From NCBI GenBank assembly GCA_965140585.1, contig OZ223265.1, positions 1 through 64,000 on the forward strand: 64,000 nucleotides of DNA, given 5' to 3'. The translations under genes were made by a program, and so were the position numbers. The DNA comes from Spirochaetia bacterium. GTDB taxonomy: Bacteria; Spirochaetota; Spirochaetia; UBA9216. Shown piece by piece: positions 30,820 through 39,350 of this stretch; the stretch's first letter is position 1, and each line of letters opens with the position of its first letter. Below the pieces are notes generated by a model. The model made no database searches and was not told where the DNA came from. It saw only the letters and a list, made by a program, of their open reading frames with translations.

Positions 30820-31029
30820 ATGATTTCAACACCACAGAACATTTCCAAAGACGTAGCGTTAAAACGTGCAGCATTAACAGTTACAGAATTATCAGAACTC
30901 ATTGGGGTATCTAGGATTACTATCTATCGAAAGGTTGAATCTGGGGAGATACCTTCTATATCAATAGGCAGCAGACGTCTAATTCCATTCAGCTATTTCA
31001 GCCAATTTATTCTCGGAGGTACAGAATGA
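30820..31029 (+). CDS. Excisionase/AlpA-like HTH protein
   Basis: LTVxELSELIGVSRITIYR...GEIPS..IG.RRLIP pattern next to integrase. Confidence 0.8.
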   Translation: MISTPQNISKDVALKRAALTVTELSELIGVSRITIYRKVESGEIPSISIGSRRLIPFSYFSQFILGGTE

Positions 31030-31187
31030 ATCTTGGAATATCAAAACTTTCATCCTGGATTGAGGATAAAATCAAGACTGAGCAATATGGTGAGATACAG
31101 ATCACCATTAAAATTCATGATGGGAAACCTACTCTCTTAGAAAGATCATTTGTTGAGAAAATTCAATTAGATAAATTAAAATCTTAA
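31026..31187 (+). CDS. Small DUF2292/YezD-like protein (53 aa, not in ORF track)
   Basis: ATGA overlap with the xis-like gene; YGEIQITIKIHDGK motif. Confidence 0.6.
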   Translation: MNLGISKLSSWIEDKIKTEQYGEIQITIKIHDGKPTLLERSFVEKIQLDKLKS

Positions 31188-31290
31188 CATTGACCAATAT
31201 TCTATTTTTTATTTTTTAGAGTACTATCTCTTAACATAATCAGCAATCAGTCCCTGGAATCAGAACTGGGACTATAAAATTTTTCTTTTT

Positions 31291-31311
31291 GACTACTCGA
31301 AATCTCTTGTT
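31291..31311 (-). repeat. Remnant arm of an attC-like repeat
   Basis: GACTACTCGAAATCTCTTGTT differs by one base from 34256-34276. Confidence 0.55.
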
Positions 31312-31347
31312 CTTCCATAAATTTACCCTATCTATAGCATCTATAGG

Positions 31348-31683
31348 TTAATAGAAATTATTTGATGGGATTTCTTCGATAACTAATTCTTGCATGAGTT
31401 TCAACTCTGTACGATAATTTACTTGATTTTGCTCCGTTTCCTTTAAAACCGTCAAAATCTCGAATATAAAGTTCTCTTCTCCTATCTCATTCCAATCCTT
31501 CAATAGTTGTTTATTCTGATGAGTTCCCATTTTCAATTCTAATGTGTGTCTATTCCATTTTGAGGTCATATCCAGACTACTATCAATCAATATCCTGTTA
31601 TTGGTAATATTTCTTATCTGGAAAACTCCCATCTGAGATTTCCTTTTCTTATATTCTTCCTTAAGTTCTTTTTTTGTCCTCAT
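31348..31683 (-). CDS. GIY-YIG nuclease-family small protein
   Basis: GVFQIRN...NRH...HQNKQL..DW...GEENF.FEIL pattern. Confidence 0.7.
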   Translation of the reverse strand: MRTKKELKEEYKKRKSQMGVFQIRNITNNRILIDSSLDMTSKWNRHTLELKMGTHQNKQLLKDWNEIGEENFIFEILTVLKETEQNQVNYRTELKLMQELVIEEIPSNNFY

Positions 31684-31684
31684 T

Positions 31685-32359
31685 TTACTTTCCACTAATA
31701 TATTCGAGATATCTTTCTGCTGGCATTAATTCCATACGAAGTCCATCTAAAACATCTTCTGAAACATTATCTTTTTTCCCGATTGCCGCCCCAGCTTTAT
31801 TAACATAATTCAAGTAATTATCAACCATTTCCATTACATCATTTTTTTTGCTTTGCAATAGCATTCCACAATTTCGATATATTTCCAGAATAGGATTGGC
31901 AGCAGCAACCACTTTCTTTATTGTTTTGAAATTATTATCACCAGGGAATCCTGCATTTGATATGATTACTATATCAGGATTCTTGTTTGTTTTATTCTGC
32001 ATATCATAATTACCATTACCTTCAACTACAGCAAAACTCTTTAATGGTATCAATCGGTCTATAAAGTTTTTAAGACAAGCAGTCATATCCCATGTATAAA
32101 CCGGTGTGGCATAACAAACAACATCTGACTGTTTATAAGCGTCAATCAGTTCCTTCATATCATCGTTATATACACACTGGCTATATTCTGTACGCCAACA
32201 AGAAAAACATCCTTTGCAATGATTTATTTTTTTATCAATTAAAAAGTAGTTTGTTACTTCTGCACCTGAAGACTCAGCCCCCTCTTTAAATGCATTTACA
32301 ATTATATTAGTATTGCTATTTTTTCCACGAGGACTTCCGTTAAAAATTGATATTTTCAT
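31685..32359 (-). CDS. Iron-sulfur flavoprotein / NADPH-dependent FMN reductase
   Basis: NGSPRG..SNT, CxxCxxCW...C, TPVY, KNFIDR. Confidence 0.85.
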   Translation of the reverse strand: MKISIFNGSPRGKNSNTNIIVNAFKEGAESSGAEVTNYFLIDKKINHCKGCFSCWRTEYSQCVYNDDMKELIDAYKQSDVVCYATPVYTWDMTACLKNFIDRLIPLKSFAVVEGNGNYDMQNKTNKNPDIVIISNAGFPGDNNFKTIKKVVAAANPILEIYRNCGMLLQSKKNDVMEMVDNYLNYVNKAGAAIGKKDNVSEDVLDGLRMELMPAERYLEYISGK

Positions 32360-32922
32360 ATTATTATTTCCTTAATCAAATCAATATGCTTCTCGATTTC
32401 AGTTTCAGTCATTATTAAAATGGTTGATGAAGTTTTTAAGCTATCCCAAAAGTGAAGAATATGTTTTGCGACGACTTCAATATCAAAACTTTTGAACTCG
32501 CCCCTACTCTGACCATAACTAAAAATCTTTGATAATATTTTGCATGAGTTTCTAACTCTTTCATTGAAATATTCTTGATAATCTGGTTCTATGAAAGCAA
32601 ATTCATGAATTGCAAAATAAAAGCCTTTCGTTTTACTAAATACAGCCCTTTTTTCATGATTTAAATAATGTTGAAAAATATCGATTGCAGGAAAATTATT
32701 TTGTATAGCCTCATTGACCGCAGTACTATTAATCTCAATATCTCTATTTAGAATTTGAATAAAGATATCTTTCGTCGAGGAGAAATATCTATAAAGTCCA
32801 CCGCGACTTAGTTCTGTAGATTCACAAATATCTTGCATTGTTACTTTTGCATATCCTTTAATTGCGAAAAGTTCATATGCTTTCTCGAGAATATTTTCTT
32901 TGGTATTTTTCCCCTTGTTCAT
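32356..32922 (-). CDS. TetR/AcrR-family regulator
   Basis: N-terminal HTH (GGLYRYFSSTKD). Confidence 0.9.
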   Translation of the reverse strand: MNKGKNTKENILEKAYELFAIKGYAKVTMQDICESTELSRGGLYRYFSSTKDIFIQILNRDIEINSTAVNEAIQNNFPAIDIFQHYLNHEKRAVFSKTKGFYFAIHEFAFIEPDYQEYFNERVRNSCKILSKIFSYGQSRGEFKSFDIEVVAKHILHFWDSLKTSSTILIMTETEIEKHIDLIKEIII

Positions 32923-32946
32923 AGCATTCCTTTCATACACAAAAAC

Positions 32947-33005
32947 GACACTCGTGTCTTTTTATGTATGAAACTCAATTTACGACACCAGTGTCGCTTT
33001 GTCAA
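32947..33005 (-). promoter_or_regulatory. tetR promoter with two GACAC-N2-GTGTC operators
   Basis: TTGACA(33005-33000)-17-TAAATT; palindromes at 32983-32996 (inside the spacer) and 32947-32958. Confidence 0.7.
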
Positions 33006-33100
33006 GCTTTTTCCGTTATTTATGTAAGATTTCCAATTATCTATGCGTTAAATTTAAAAGAGTATTAATTGTACCTGAATGTGATATATACCCGTCTGCC

Positions 33101-33240
33101 ATTTAACGACGTTTTGAGCTGCCTGACGGCGCGTGTCTTCACGCGCATTGGCGTGATTCTGGAGTGGAGCGCGATCAGCGCGAAACGTCTCTGCCAGAAT
33201 CATGACAATAGCCAGGACTGCTCCAAAACTTTTGTTATAA
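33101..33240 (-). repeat. attC-like palindromic element (140 bp)
   Basis: TAAC...GTTA ends, paired arms with two unpaired bases, conserved inner stems shared with 34153-34280 and 35098-35245. Confidence 0.75.
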
Positions 33241-33375
33241 ATAGTTTTTCCTATATATCATACTACATTCACAATTTTACTTTAAATGAAACATACTATA
33301 TTCTTCATATAAACATACTTTTTTACTTCCACTGGGGTTATAAAAGTTATAGATTTACTGATAAGTTAAGAATTT

Positions 33376-33993
33376 CTATTTCCATCTATTTGTTAGGATA
33401 TGTTGATTAATATCTAATTCCTTCTGTGGAATTTCTTTGATCCTATCTTTTTTATATCCAATAGGAATAATCGATGCAATCTCGAATTCATTTGGAATTC
33501 CTAATATTTCTTTAACAGCTTCAGTATTTTTTGGAATAAATGTTACTCCAAATATATTTTTCTCAGCCAATGAAAGTAATAGGTTTTCTATTGCACACCA
33601 AATAGAAGCAAATCCATTAATATCATAAACTCGGATAGCATCTTTAATATCTGTTTTTGGCTTATATATTACTACAATTGATAAAGAGGCTTCCAAGATC
33701 ATTCGTTTCTGTTTTGGAATTGCATCAAAATACATCTTTTGGGCGATTGGATCATGGTCCTTAAACAATACTTTCATTTCTTCAGATATTGTTTCATACA
33801 TCTCTTCTGTTTGAGTAAGTTTAACCTTTTGCTCAAAATCATCAATTATTAAAAAATACCATTGTTTTAGATGATCGTAAGTTGGAGCAAGAAAGGCATC
33901 ATTGATTGCTTCTTTTATTACATTAATATCTAATTCTTGATCTGAAAAATCACGTATGGTTCGTCTTCTCATGATTACCTGTTTAAATTCCAT
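33376..33993 (-). CDS. Nitroreductase-family protein
   Basis: RRTIRDF, AP...QW.F, AIENLLL motifs. Confidence 0.88.
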   Translation of the reverse strand: MEFKQVIMRRRTIRDFSDQELDINVIKEAINDAFLAPTYDHLKQWYFLIIDDFEQKVKLTQTEEMYETISEEMKVLFKDHDPIAQKMYFDAIPKQKRMILEASLSIVVIYKPKTDIKDAIRVYDINGFASIWCAIENLLLSLAEKNIFGVTFIPKNTEAVKEILGIPNEFEIASIIPIGYKKDRIKEIPQKELDINQHILTNRWK

Positions 33994-34152
33994 AGTTGCG
34001 TCCTTATATACTATAAAGATTATCAAGATATTTTAGTGTTTTATTATATATTCTTTAAATCTTCGCTACCATTGGGATTCCTTATTGTAATCCCTATTTT
34101 AATGATTTCCTATTTTTTTATTGACACAATATTTTAATTTATCCGTTTCCTC

Positions 34153-34280
34153 ATTCAACTGTAAAAACCGACCGAGTCTTCGAGGCATGGCACAGTTCTG
34201 GAACGTAGTGCGAGCAGCGCGGAGTGTCTTTAGCCAGAACTGTGTCAAAGGTTTTGACTACTCCAAATCTCTTGTTATGT
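34153..34280 (-). repeat. attC-like element, one arm degenerate
   Basis: Same inner stem (CACAGTTCTGG/CCAGAACTGTG) and GTTA end; about 20 bp downstream of the lysE stop. Confidence 0.62.
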
Positions 34281-34299
34281 GCTAATTTAATTATTTTTT

Positions 34300-34920
34300 T
34301 TAATCCTCAAAAGCTAATTTACCAGCAAATCCTATTAGCAATATTCCAAAACTTTGCTCGATTCTCTTTAAAATTATAGGAGATTTCATTAATACTTTTT
34401 TAAACAGATTAGCCAGTAATCCATAAATACAGAATATAATAAATGTTAATACCATAAATATTAAACCCAAACTGATCATTTTGATCTTGGAATTTTCATC
34501 ATTTATATCAATAAATTGTGGTAAAAATGAGAAGAAAAATAATGTTAATTTGGGATTTAGAAGATTAATAAGTACTGCTTTAATAATTATATTTATATAA
34601 TTTTCCTTATCTTTATCTTGAATTTCAATAAGTTTTTTATTTCTAAGTAATCCTAAACTTATGTATAAAAGATATATTATTCCTATAATTTTTATTATTT
34701 TAAATATAATAGCTCCAGTGTTCATAACTGCGGATATGCCAAGAATTGCAGCAGTAATATGTGGTATTATTCCTAAAGTACACCCAAAAGCAGCCAAGAT
34801 TGCACGTTGTTTATTACTAGATAAACTTGTTGTTATTGTATAAATAACACCGGTTCCAGGAATAATAATAACAACTAATGAAGTAACTAAAAAACTTATA
34901 TTGAACACTATTTCCTCCAA
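34300..34920 (-). CDS. LysE/RhtB-family exporter
   Basis: PGTG, NLLNPK, FLPQF motifs. Confidence 0.9.
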   Translation of the reverse strand: MEEIVFNISFLVTSLVVIIIPGTGVIYTITTSLSSNKQRAILAAFGCTLGIIPHITAAILGISAVMNTGAIIFKIIKIIGIIYLLYISLGLLRNKKLIEIQDKDKENYINIIIKAVLINLLNPKLTLFFFSFLPQFIDINDENSKIKMISLGLIFMVLTFIIFCIYGLLANLFKKVLMKSPIILKRIEQSFGILLIGFAGKLAFED

Positions 34921-35097
34921 ATACTACGAAAGGTTATCTTAAAACTATATATCTTTCAGAAATCTCTATTAACCTTTTTATAGTTTATTTATACTATTCA
35001 AATTATTGATTCTATCCAATCCTTCTAATAATTTTTTATTTTTCGAATAATCTATTAGACATTTGTTAACCAAATTACTGAACGTTATCTTTTGTGC

Positions 35098-35245
35098 AAA
35101 TAACGACGAAATCAGTTGCGCCCTCGATCCTGAGCCGCAGGCGAAGGAATTGGCGCGGTTCTGGAGTGGAGGCATGATCAGTGCCGGAACGTCTCCGCCA
35201 GAACCGTGACAATAGATGGCGACAACTGCATTTCTCATGTTATCT
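35098..35245 (-). repeat. attC-like palindromic element (148 bp)
   Basis: AAATAAC...GTTATCT ends, AAATCAGTTGCGCC pairing with GGCG(A)CAACTG(C)ATTT. Confidence 0.75.
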
Positions 35246-35381
35246 TTCTGTATTTTATTTGATGAAGTACAGATATTTTCATTTCTCATAAGATTATCTC
35301 TACCTACTTATCTTTTACCTTTTGATATGGCAATTTCACTTATTACAGTCTGTGATCGTCATTATTTTTCCGATATATTTT

Positions 35382-35858
35382 TTACTTTTTTTGATCAATT
35401 TTCTGTGACATATATTTTTTCATGACATCTTTAGCCTTTTTCTCCGCCCATTCTTCCAGTCCTATTTTTTTTATTAAGCATAAATTATAGATCTTTGTAT
35501 TATGAGGTATAATATTTGCTTTATCAGCATAAGGCTGTAATTTATCGCATGGGAAATTATCACATTCACTACAGTTATGAATCTTTTTTTGCTCTACACA
35601 CAGATAAATAAAGCACTGTCCCTTTTTATTTAATAATAAGCATTTACCATTAGGAAAAACATTATTATGCTCGGAGAAATATCCGATTCCTTTTCGATCT
35701 CGACAACCATGGCAATCTGATTTTTCATAATCCAGACCTAATTTATTAGATATCTGCTTTTTTATCTGGTCATTAGATGTTGCCTTATATGCGCCACATT
35801 CAAAGCAGGGGATTCCACAAGGAGCTGTCATTTCTTTAAAATTCATTTGATCCTCCAT
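35382..35858 (-). CDS. Cys-rich DUF3795-like protein
   Basis: APCGxxCxxC, CxGC, CxxCxxFPC pattern. Confidence 0.7.
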   Translation of the reverse strand: MEDQMNFKEMTAPCGIPCFECGAYKATSNDQIKKQISNKLGLDYEKSDCHGCRDRKGIGYFSEHNNVFPNGKCLLLNKKGQCFIYLCVEQKKIHNCSECDNFPCDKLQPYADKANIIPHNTKIYNLCLIKKIGLEEWAEKKAKDVMKKYMSQKIDQKK

Positions 35859-35944
35859 AAACTATTCTTTCATTGATAGTTATTTGTTTTTCCCAATAGT
35901 ACATCTTGACAGGAGATTTAAAAATTGTCATATTTGACAAAATT

Positions 35945-36961
35945 ATGGCTAATTACGTCACTTTAAACAAAAAAAGAAAACGTATTATAATCTTGGCACT
36001 ACCAGGAACTCCTCTCATGTCTATCTCTTCTGCTATTGATGTATTCCAAAATGCTCCTGAAATTTTTAACAAAATCATGAATAACGAAAATCCAACCCCT
36101 TTTGACGTAGACTTAGTTTCACCATCAGGAGAATATATTCAGTGTATGGGAGGTTTTAGGCTTGAAGTAAATACTTCGATGAATGAAATCAAAAAAGCTG
36201 ATTTAGTCATAGTTACTTCATTATATTCGGAAGATGAAACAAAATTGTTTTTGCCAGAAATCCGTAAATGGTTACTTAAAATGCACCTTAGTGGTTCAAT
36301 GCTAGCCAGTTTCTGTACAGGTACATTTGTTCTAGCATCAACAGGATTATTAAACGGAAAGACTGCAACAACTCATTGGGCATCAGCAAGAAAATTATCA
36401 CAAAGGTACCCCCAAATTCATGTAAAGCCTCATAAAATGATTTGTGATGAAGGAACTATTTTTACATCAGGAGGAAGTCATGGAGCTCTTGATTTATGCC
36501 TCTATTTAGTTGAGAAGCTTTATGGAAAAGCTCTTGCTTTGAATTATGCTAAAATTTTAGTTCACGATATCTCTTTTACAGAACAATCAGCTTATGCTAT
36601 TTTCAAAGGCTTACGAGATCATAGAGATACGAAAATCTGGGAAATACAGGACTATATAGAATCTCATTATTCAGAACATTTAGGAATTTCTTATCTGGCT
36701 AATAAGGCTGCTATGTCACGCAGAACATTCGAACGTCGTTTTAAAGCTGCCACAGGAGAATCTCCAGGGGACTACATACAACAGCTGAGGATTGAAGCTG
36801 CTAAACGTATATTAGAAATGGAGTTCGATACATTTGAACAAATTACATTACGTGTGGGGTATGAAGATGCAACAACATTTAGTAAATTATTCTCTAAACG
36901 TGTTGGAGTAACCCCAACTTCTTATCGTAATAAATTCCATTCTGGACAAACTATTCCTTGA
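35945..36961 (+). CDS. GlxA/FtrA-family AraC regulator (DJ-1 domain + HTH)
   Basis: CTGTF, ATTHW, SRRTFERRF, VGYED motifs; divergent from the DUF3795 gene. Confidence 0.9.
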   Translation: MANYVTLNKKRKRIIILALPGTPLMSISSAIDVFQNAPEIFNKIMNNENPTPFDVDLVSPSGEYIQCMGGFRLEVNTSMNEIKKADLVIVTSLYSEDETKLFLPEIRKWLLKMHLSGSMLASFCTGTFVLASTGLLNGKTATTHWASARKLSQRYPQIHVKPHKMICDEGTIFTSGGSHGALDLCLYLVEKLYGKALALNYAKILVHDISFTEQSAYAIFKGLRDHRDTKIWEIQDYIESHYSEHLGISYLANKAAMSRRTFERRFKAATGESPGDYIQQLRIEAAKRILEMEFDTFEQITLRVGYEDATTFSKLFSKRVGVTPTSYRNKFHSGQTIP

Positions 36962-37367
36962 TATATTTTTTGCAATGCAATTTCGTTTTACATTTTTGTA
37001 AAGATAACATATTATATTTAATACTTTTCCATATAACTTGAAGTACACACAAGTTTTGAATATTCCATCTAACATACATAATTCACAATGTGGCTCACTT
37101 CTTAATAGACAGAAAATCATTTTCAGAAATTATTTCAATAAATATGTCGTCTCAAGCCCTTCTTTTTCTCAGTTATTATCTGTTTATTACTTTCATCCTT
37201 GTCTATAAGCTTCGAAATATTCTGCCGACTAAATATTAAAATTGCGCCTCTCTTTGTTGCGTAATTGTTCACATTATAACTTACCTCAACTGCAATCTGC
37301 GACGTTTATTCTATGGTAATATTATAGCCAGACTTTCTCCATATAATTAACAATCTACATTACAATC

Positions 37368-37422
37368 TCTCTTAACTACTATTAAATACCAGAATATCGG
37401 GTATTTAATAGTAGTTAAGAGA
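37368..37422. repeat. Perfect 23-bp inverted repeat with 9-nt loop
   Basis: TCTCTTAACTACTATTAAATACC / GGTATTTAATAGTAGTTAAGAGA. Confidence 0.9.
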
Positions 37423-37722
37423 CTCTGGATTATTATAGTTATCAAACTAACTTTTTCTTTTCCATTGACGAATATAACTATTCTATCCTGGCATATTCTT
37501 GAATAATCAGAATTTGCAGTCTATACATCAAGCGCAAAGAATCTCGTTCTTAAATACATCTGTATAGAAATGATATTAATAATAACGCCTGATAGACGGA
37601 AATAAAAGTATTTTTAAATGGTATAAATAAAGTGTTTAAATAATGCAATTTCTATCTGGATAAATGACACAAATTGAAGAGAAAATGATAGGATTGGAAA
37701 CTGATAGAGTTTCTTCCAAGAG

Positions 37723-38082
37723 TTAAGCGAGGTTTTCTCTCTCTTGCTTCTCTTCAATCTCTTTTTGAAGTCTCCCCTTACATCCTGCAATTATATCTCG
37801 AATTGAAGTCAATCCTGTTTCATCTATTATTGCAAGATCTTCGATAATGTCAGCATATCTCGGTGGTGGTGTCCATTTTGATTGTTTTTCTCCAGTAAGA
37901 AGGTATTCGATAGTCACACCTAAAGCGGAAGCAATCTTTCCAGCCTGATCGACATTAGGCATAGTATTCCTCTGAATCCAACGGCTAAATGTATCTTGTC
38001 GAACCGGAATTTTCGATGCAACCCAATCTTGAGTTGTATTTTGTCTTTTAATCTCTTCTTTTACTCGTTTCCAGAAGTCCAT
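37723..38082 (-). CDS. XRE-family HTH repressor (CI-like, no peptidase domain)
   Basis: TQDWVA...FSRW...IASALGVTIEYLLTG; divergent from early genes. Confidence 0.85.
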   Translation of the reverse strand: MDFWKRVKEEIKRQNTTQDWVASKIPVRQDTFSRWIQRNTMPNVDQAGKIASALGVTIEYLLTGEKQSKWTPPPRYADIIEDLAIIDETGLTSIRDIIAGCKGRLQKEIEEKQERENLA

Positions 38083-38101
38083 ATTGGTAATATCGGTATA
38101 A

Positions 38102-38183
38102 AATTAGGCAAAAGTGCATAAAAAGTTATTGACTATTTTGCATTTTTGCCTAATTATTAGATTATAAATTCGGCAAAAATGCC
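38102..38183. promoter_or_regulatory. Immunity region: three 17-bp operator-like sites
   Basis: AATTAGGCAAAAGTGCA (38102-38118), inverted copy 38139-38155, AATTCGGCAAAAATGCC (38167-38183), around TTGACT at 38129. Confidence 0.75.
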
Positions 38184-38361
38184 TAACGGCAACATTAGAT
38201 ATCCATTAGCGGTATATGTATCACTCTCAGAAAAAGCCATCATAGACTCATTCTTTCATTCTCGTCCAAGGCTTAAGAAAGGAGAATCGGTTAAGAAATG
38301 GATTCTTGAAGCAATTGAGTGTGAAGATAACAATAATTCTCAAGAATCCGCTCATTCATAA
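38179..38361 (+). CDS. Small Cro-position protein, possibly ribbon-helix-helix
   Basis: First gene divergent from the repressor; beta-helix-helix pattern. Confidence 0.5.
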   Translation: MPNGNIRYPLAVYVSLSEKAIIDSFFHSRPRLKKGESVKKWILEAIECEDNNNSQESAHS

Positions 38362-38661
38362 ATCGGTTATAAAAGAAATTCAACCCCTCAATGGGTATCA
38401 GTTGCGTTGCTCTGATTGTTGGATTTCTTATCAAAACTTTGCCACAGGAGTAATGGTTTTCTAATCTTAATAACATGCAAACATTATTTACGGTCGAAAA
38501 GCGGCGACTACTCCGTTTTACAAATTATTTCGAATTAATTTTTTGTATGAGTTATTGCAGATGAACAGCTGAGATGCATGTTTTTACTACTTCATTGAGC
38601 ATCATCCAGCATCAAGGTTGTTCATCTGTTTCTTGATTGATTCAGGAGGTAATGGGTATCT

Positions 38662-38844
38662 ATGAGCGAAAAGATTAAACGAAAAAGAATAAATCTATTG
38701 CTTCCAGAAGATCTTCTAAAACGAGCTGAATCCGTAGGAGCTTTGAAACACAAAAGCCTCACAGCTTATATCACAGACTTGATCTATACAGATGTAACAA
38801 ACAAAGAGAAGGCAAATATAAACTCCTTCTTTGGGAATGATTAG
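38662..38844 (+). CDS. Ribbon-helix-helix DNA-binding protein
   Basis: GGAGG RBS; KRINLLLPEDL...SLTAYI pattern. Confidence 0.65.
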   Translation: MSEKIKRKRINLLLPEDLLKRAESVGALKHKSLTAYITDLIYTDVTNKEKANINSFFGND

Positions 38845-38845
38845 C

Positions 38846-38904
38846 GGTATCAAGGTGGAATACATGAGTATTTCAAAGCTCAGGTTCGATTCCTGAAAAT
38901 ACCA
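38846..38904 (+). ncRNA. Minimal tRNA-like fold (acceptor + T-arm, no D-arm), ending ACCA
   Basis: GGTAT/ATACC acceptor-like pairing; TCAGG-TTCGATT-CCTGA T-arm. Confidence 0.45.
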
Positions 38905-39215
38905 TACGGCATACGGTGAGCCTTTGTTGATGAGTGAGAAACACCATACCAGTTGAGAAATAAATACCATCAACTTAGGCAAGACCAAGCCTGCAGACCT
39001 TGAGTAAGTCTGCAGCCCTCCGGGACCGGGTGAAAGCCCCGGATTTTTATAAGGCGGGTAAAATAATGAATAACAAAGAACTTGAATCAGCATAAGAAAT
39101 TGATAGTGCATGAGGCTAAAGGCTGTTTCAGGTCATTCTGAACATGTGCTTAAGGTGGGATGGTTTTTCGATGATAAATGAGCCGCACCTTTTTTAAAAA
39201 CACAGAATCATCGGT

Positions 39216-39311
39216 TGGAACGTGATGCAGTTGGAAAGCATGGGTCGGGACAGGAAAGTCCCGGAGAGTTTTACTCTCCCCTTATCGTCCGTTCAAATCG
39301 GACCGTTCCAG
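39216..39311 (+). ncRNA. tRNA-like RNA with canonical acceptor, D- and T-arms but a branched anticodon domain
   Basis: TGGAACG/CGTTCCA, U8, ATGC-AGTTGGAAA-GCAT, GTCCG-TTCAAAT-CGGAC; two hairpins replace the anticodon arm. Confidence 0.65.
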
Positions 39312-39350
39312 TACTTTTAGAATTTTGAAACATCTTTTTAGGAGGTATGT

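Noticed and set aside
31248-31273. Hairpin sharing CAGTCCC/GGGACT with the hairpin at 55115-55139
   Set aside because: Only a 7-mer match with arms in the opposite order; insufficient support
31291-35245. Repeats as a CRISPR array
   Set aside because: Units are about 140 bp, diverged and separated by whole genes; no cas genes in the window
35290-35380. Minus-strand fragment NDDHRL reminiscent of a YoeB toxin remnant
   Set aside because: Too short and needs frameshifts; may be chance
33069-35425. ORFs 33069-33410, 34978-35289 and 35216-35425
   Set aside because: They run through the palindromic repeats and have no protein-like features
38083-38110. CCGATA upstream of the repressor as a sigma28 -10 box
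   Set aside because: No matching -35 TAAA at the expected spacing
38915-38950. TGATGAG...GAAAC resembling a hammerhead core
   Set aside because: No stem II between the motifs and the CUGAUGA consensus is incomplete
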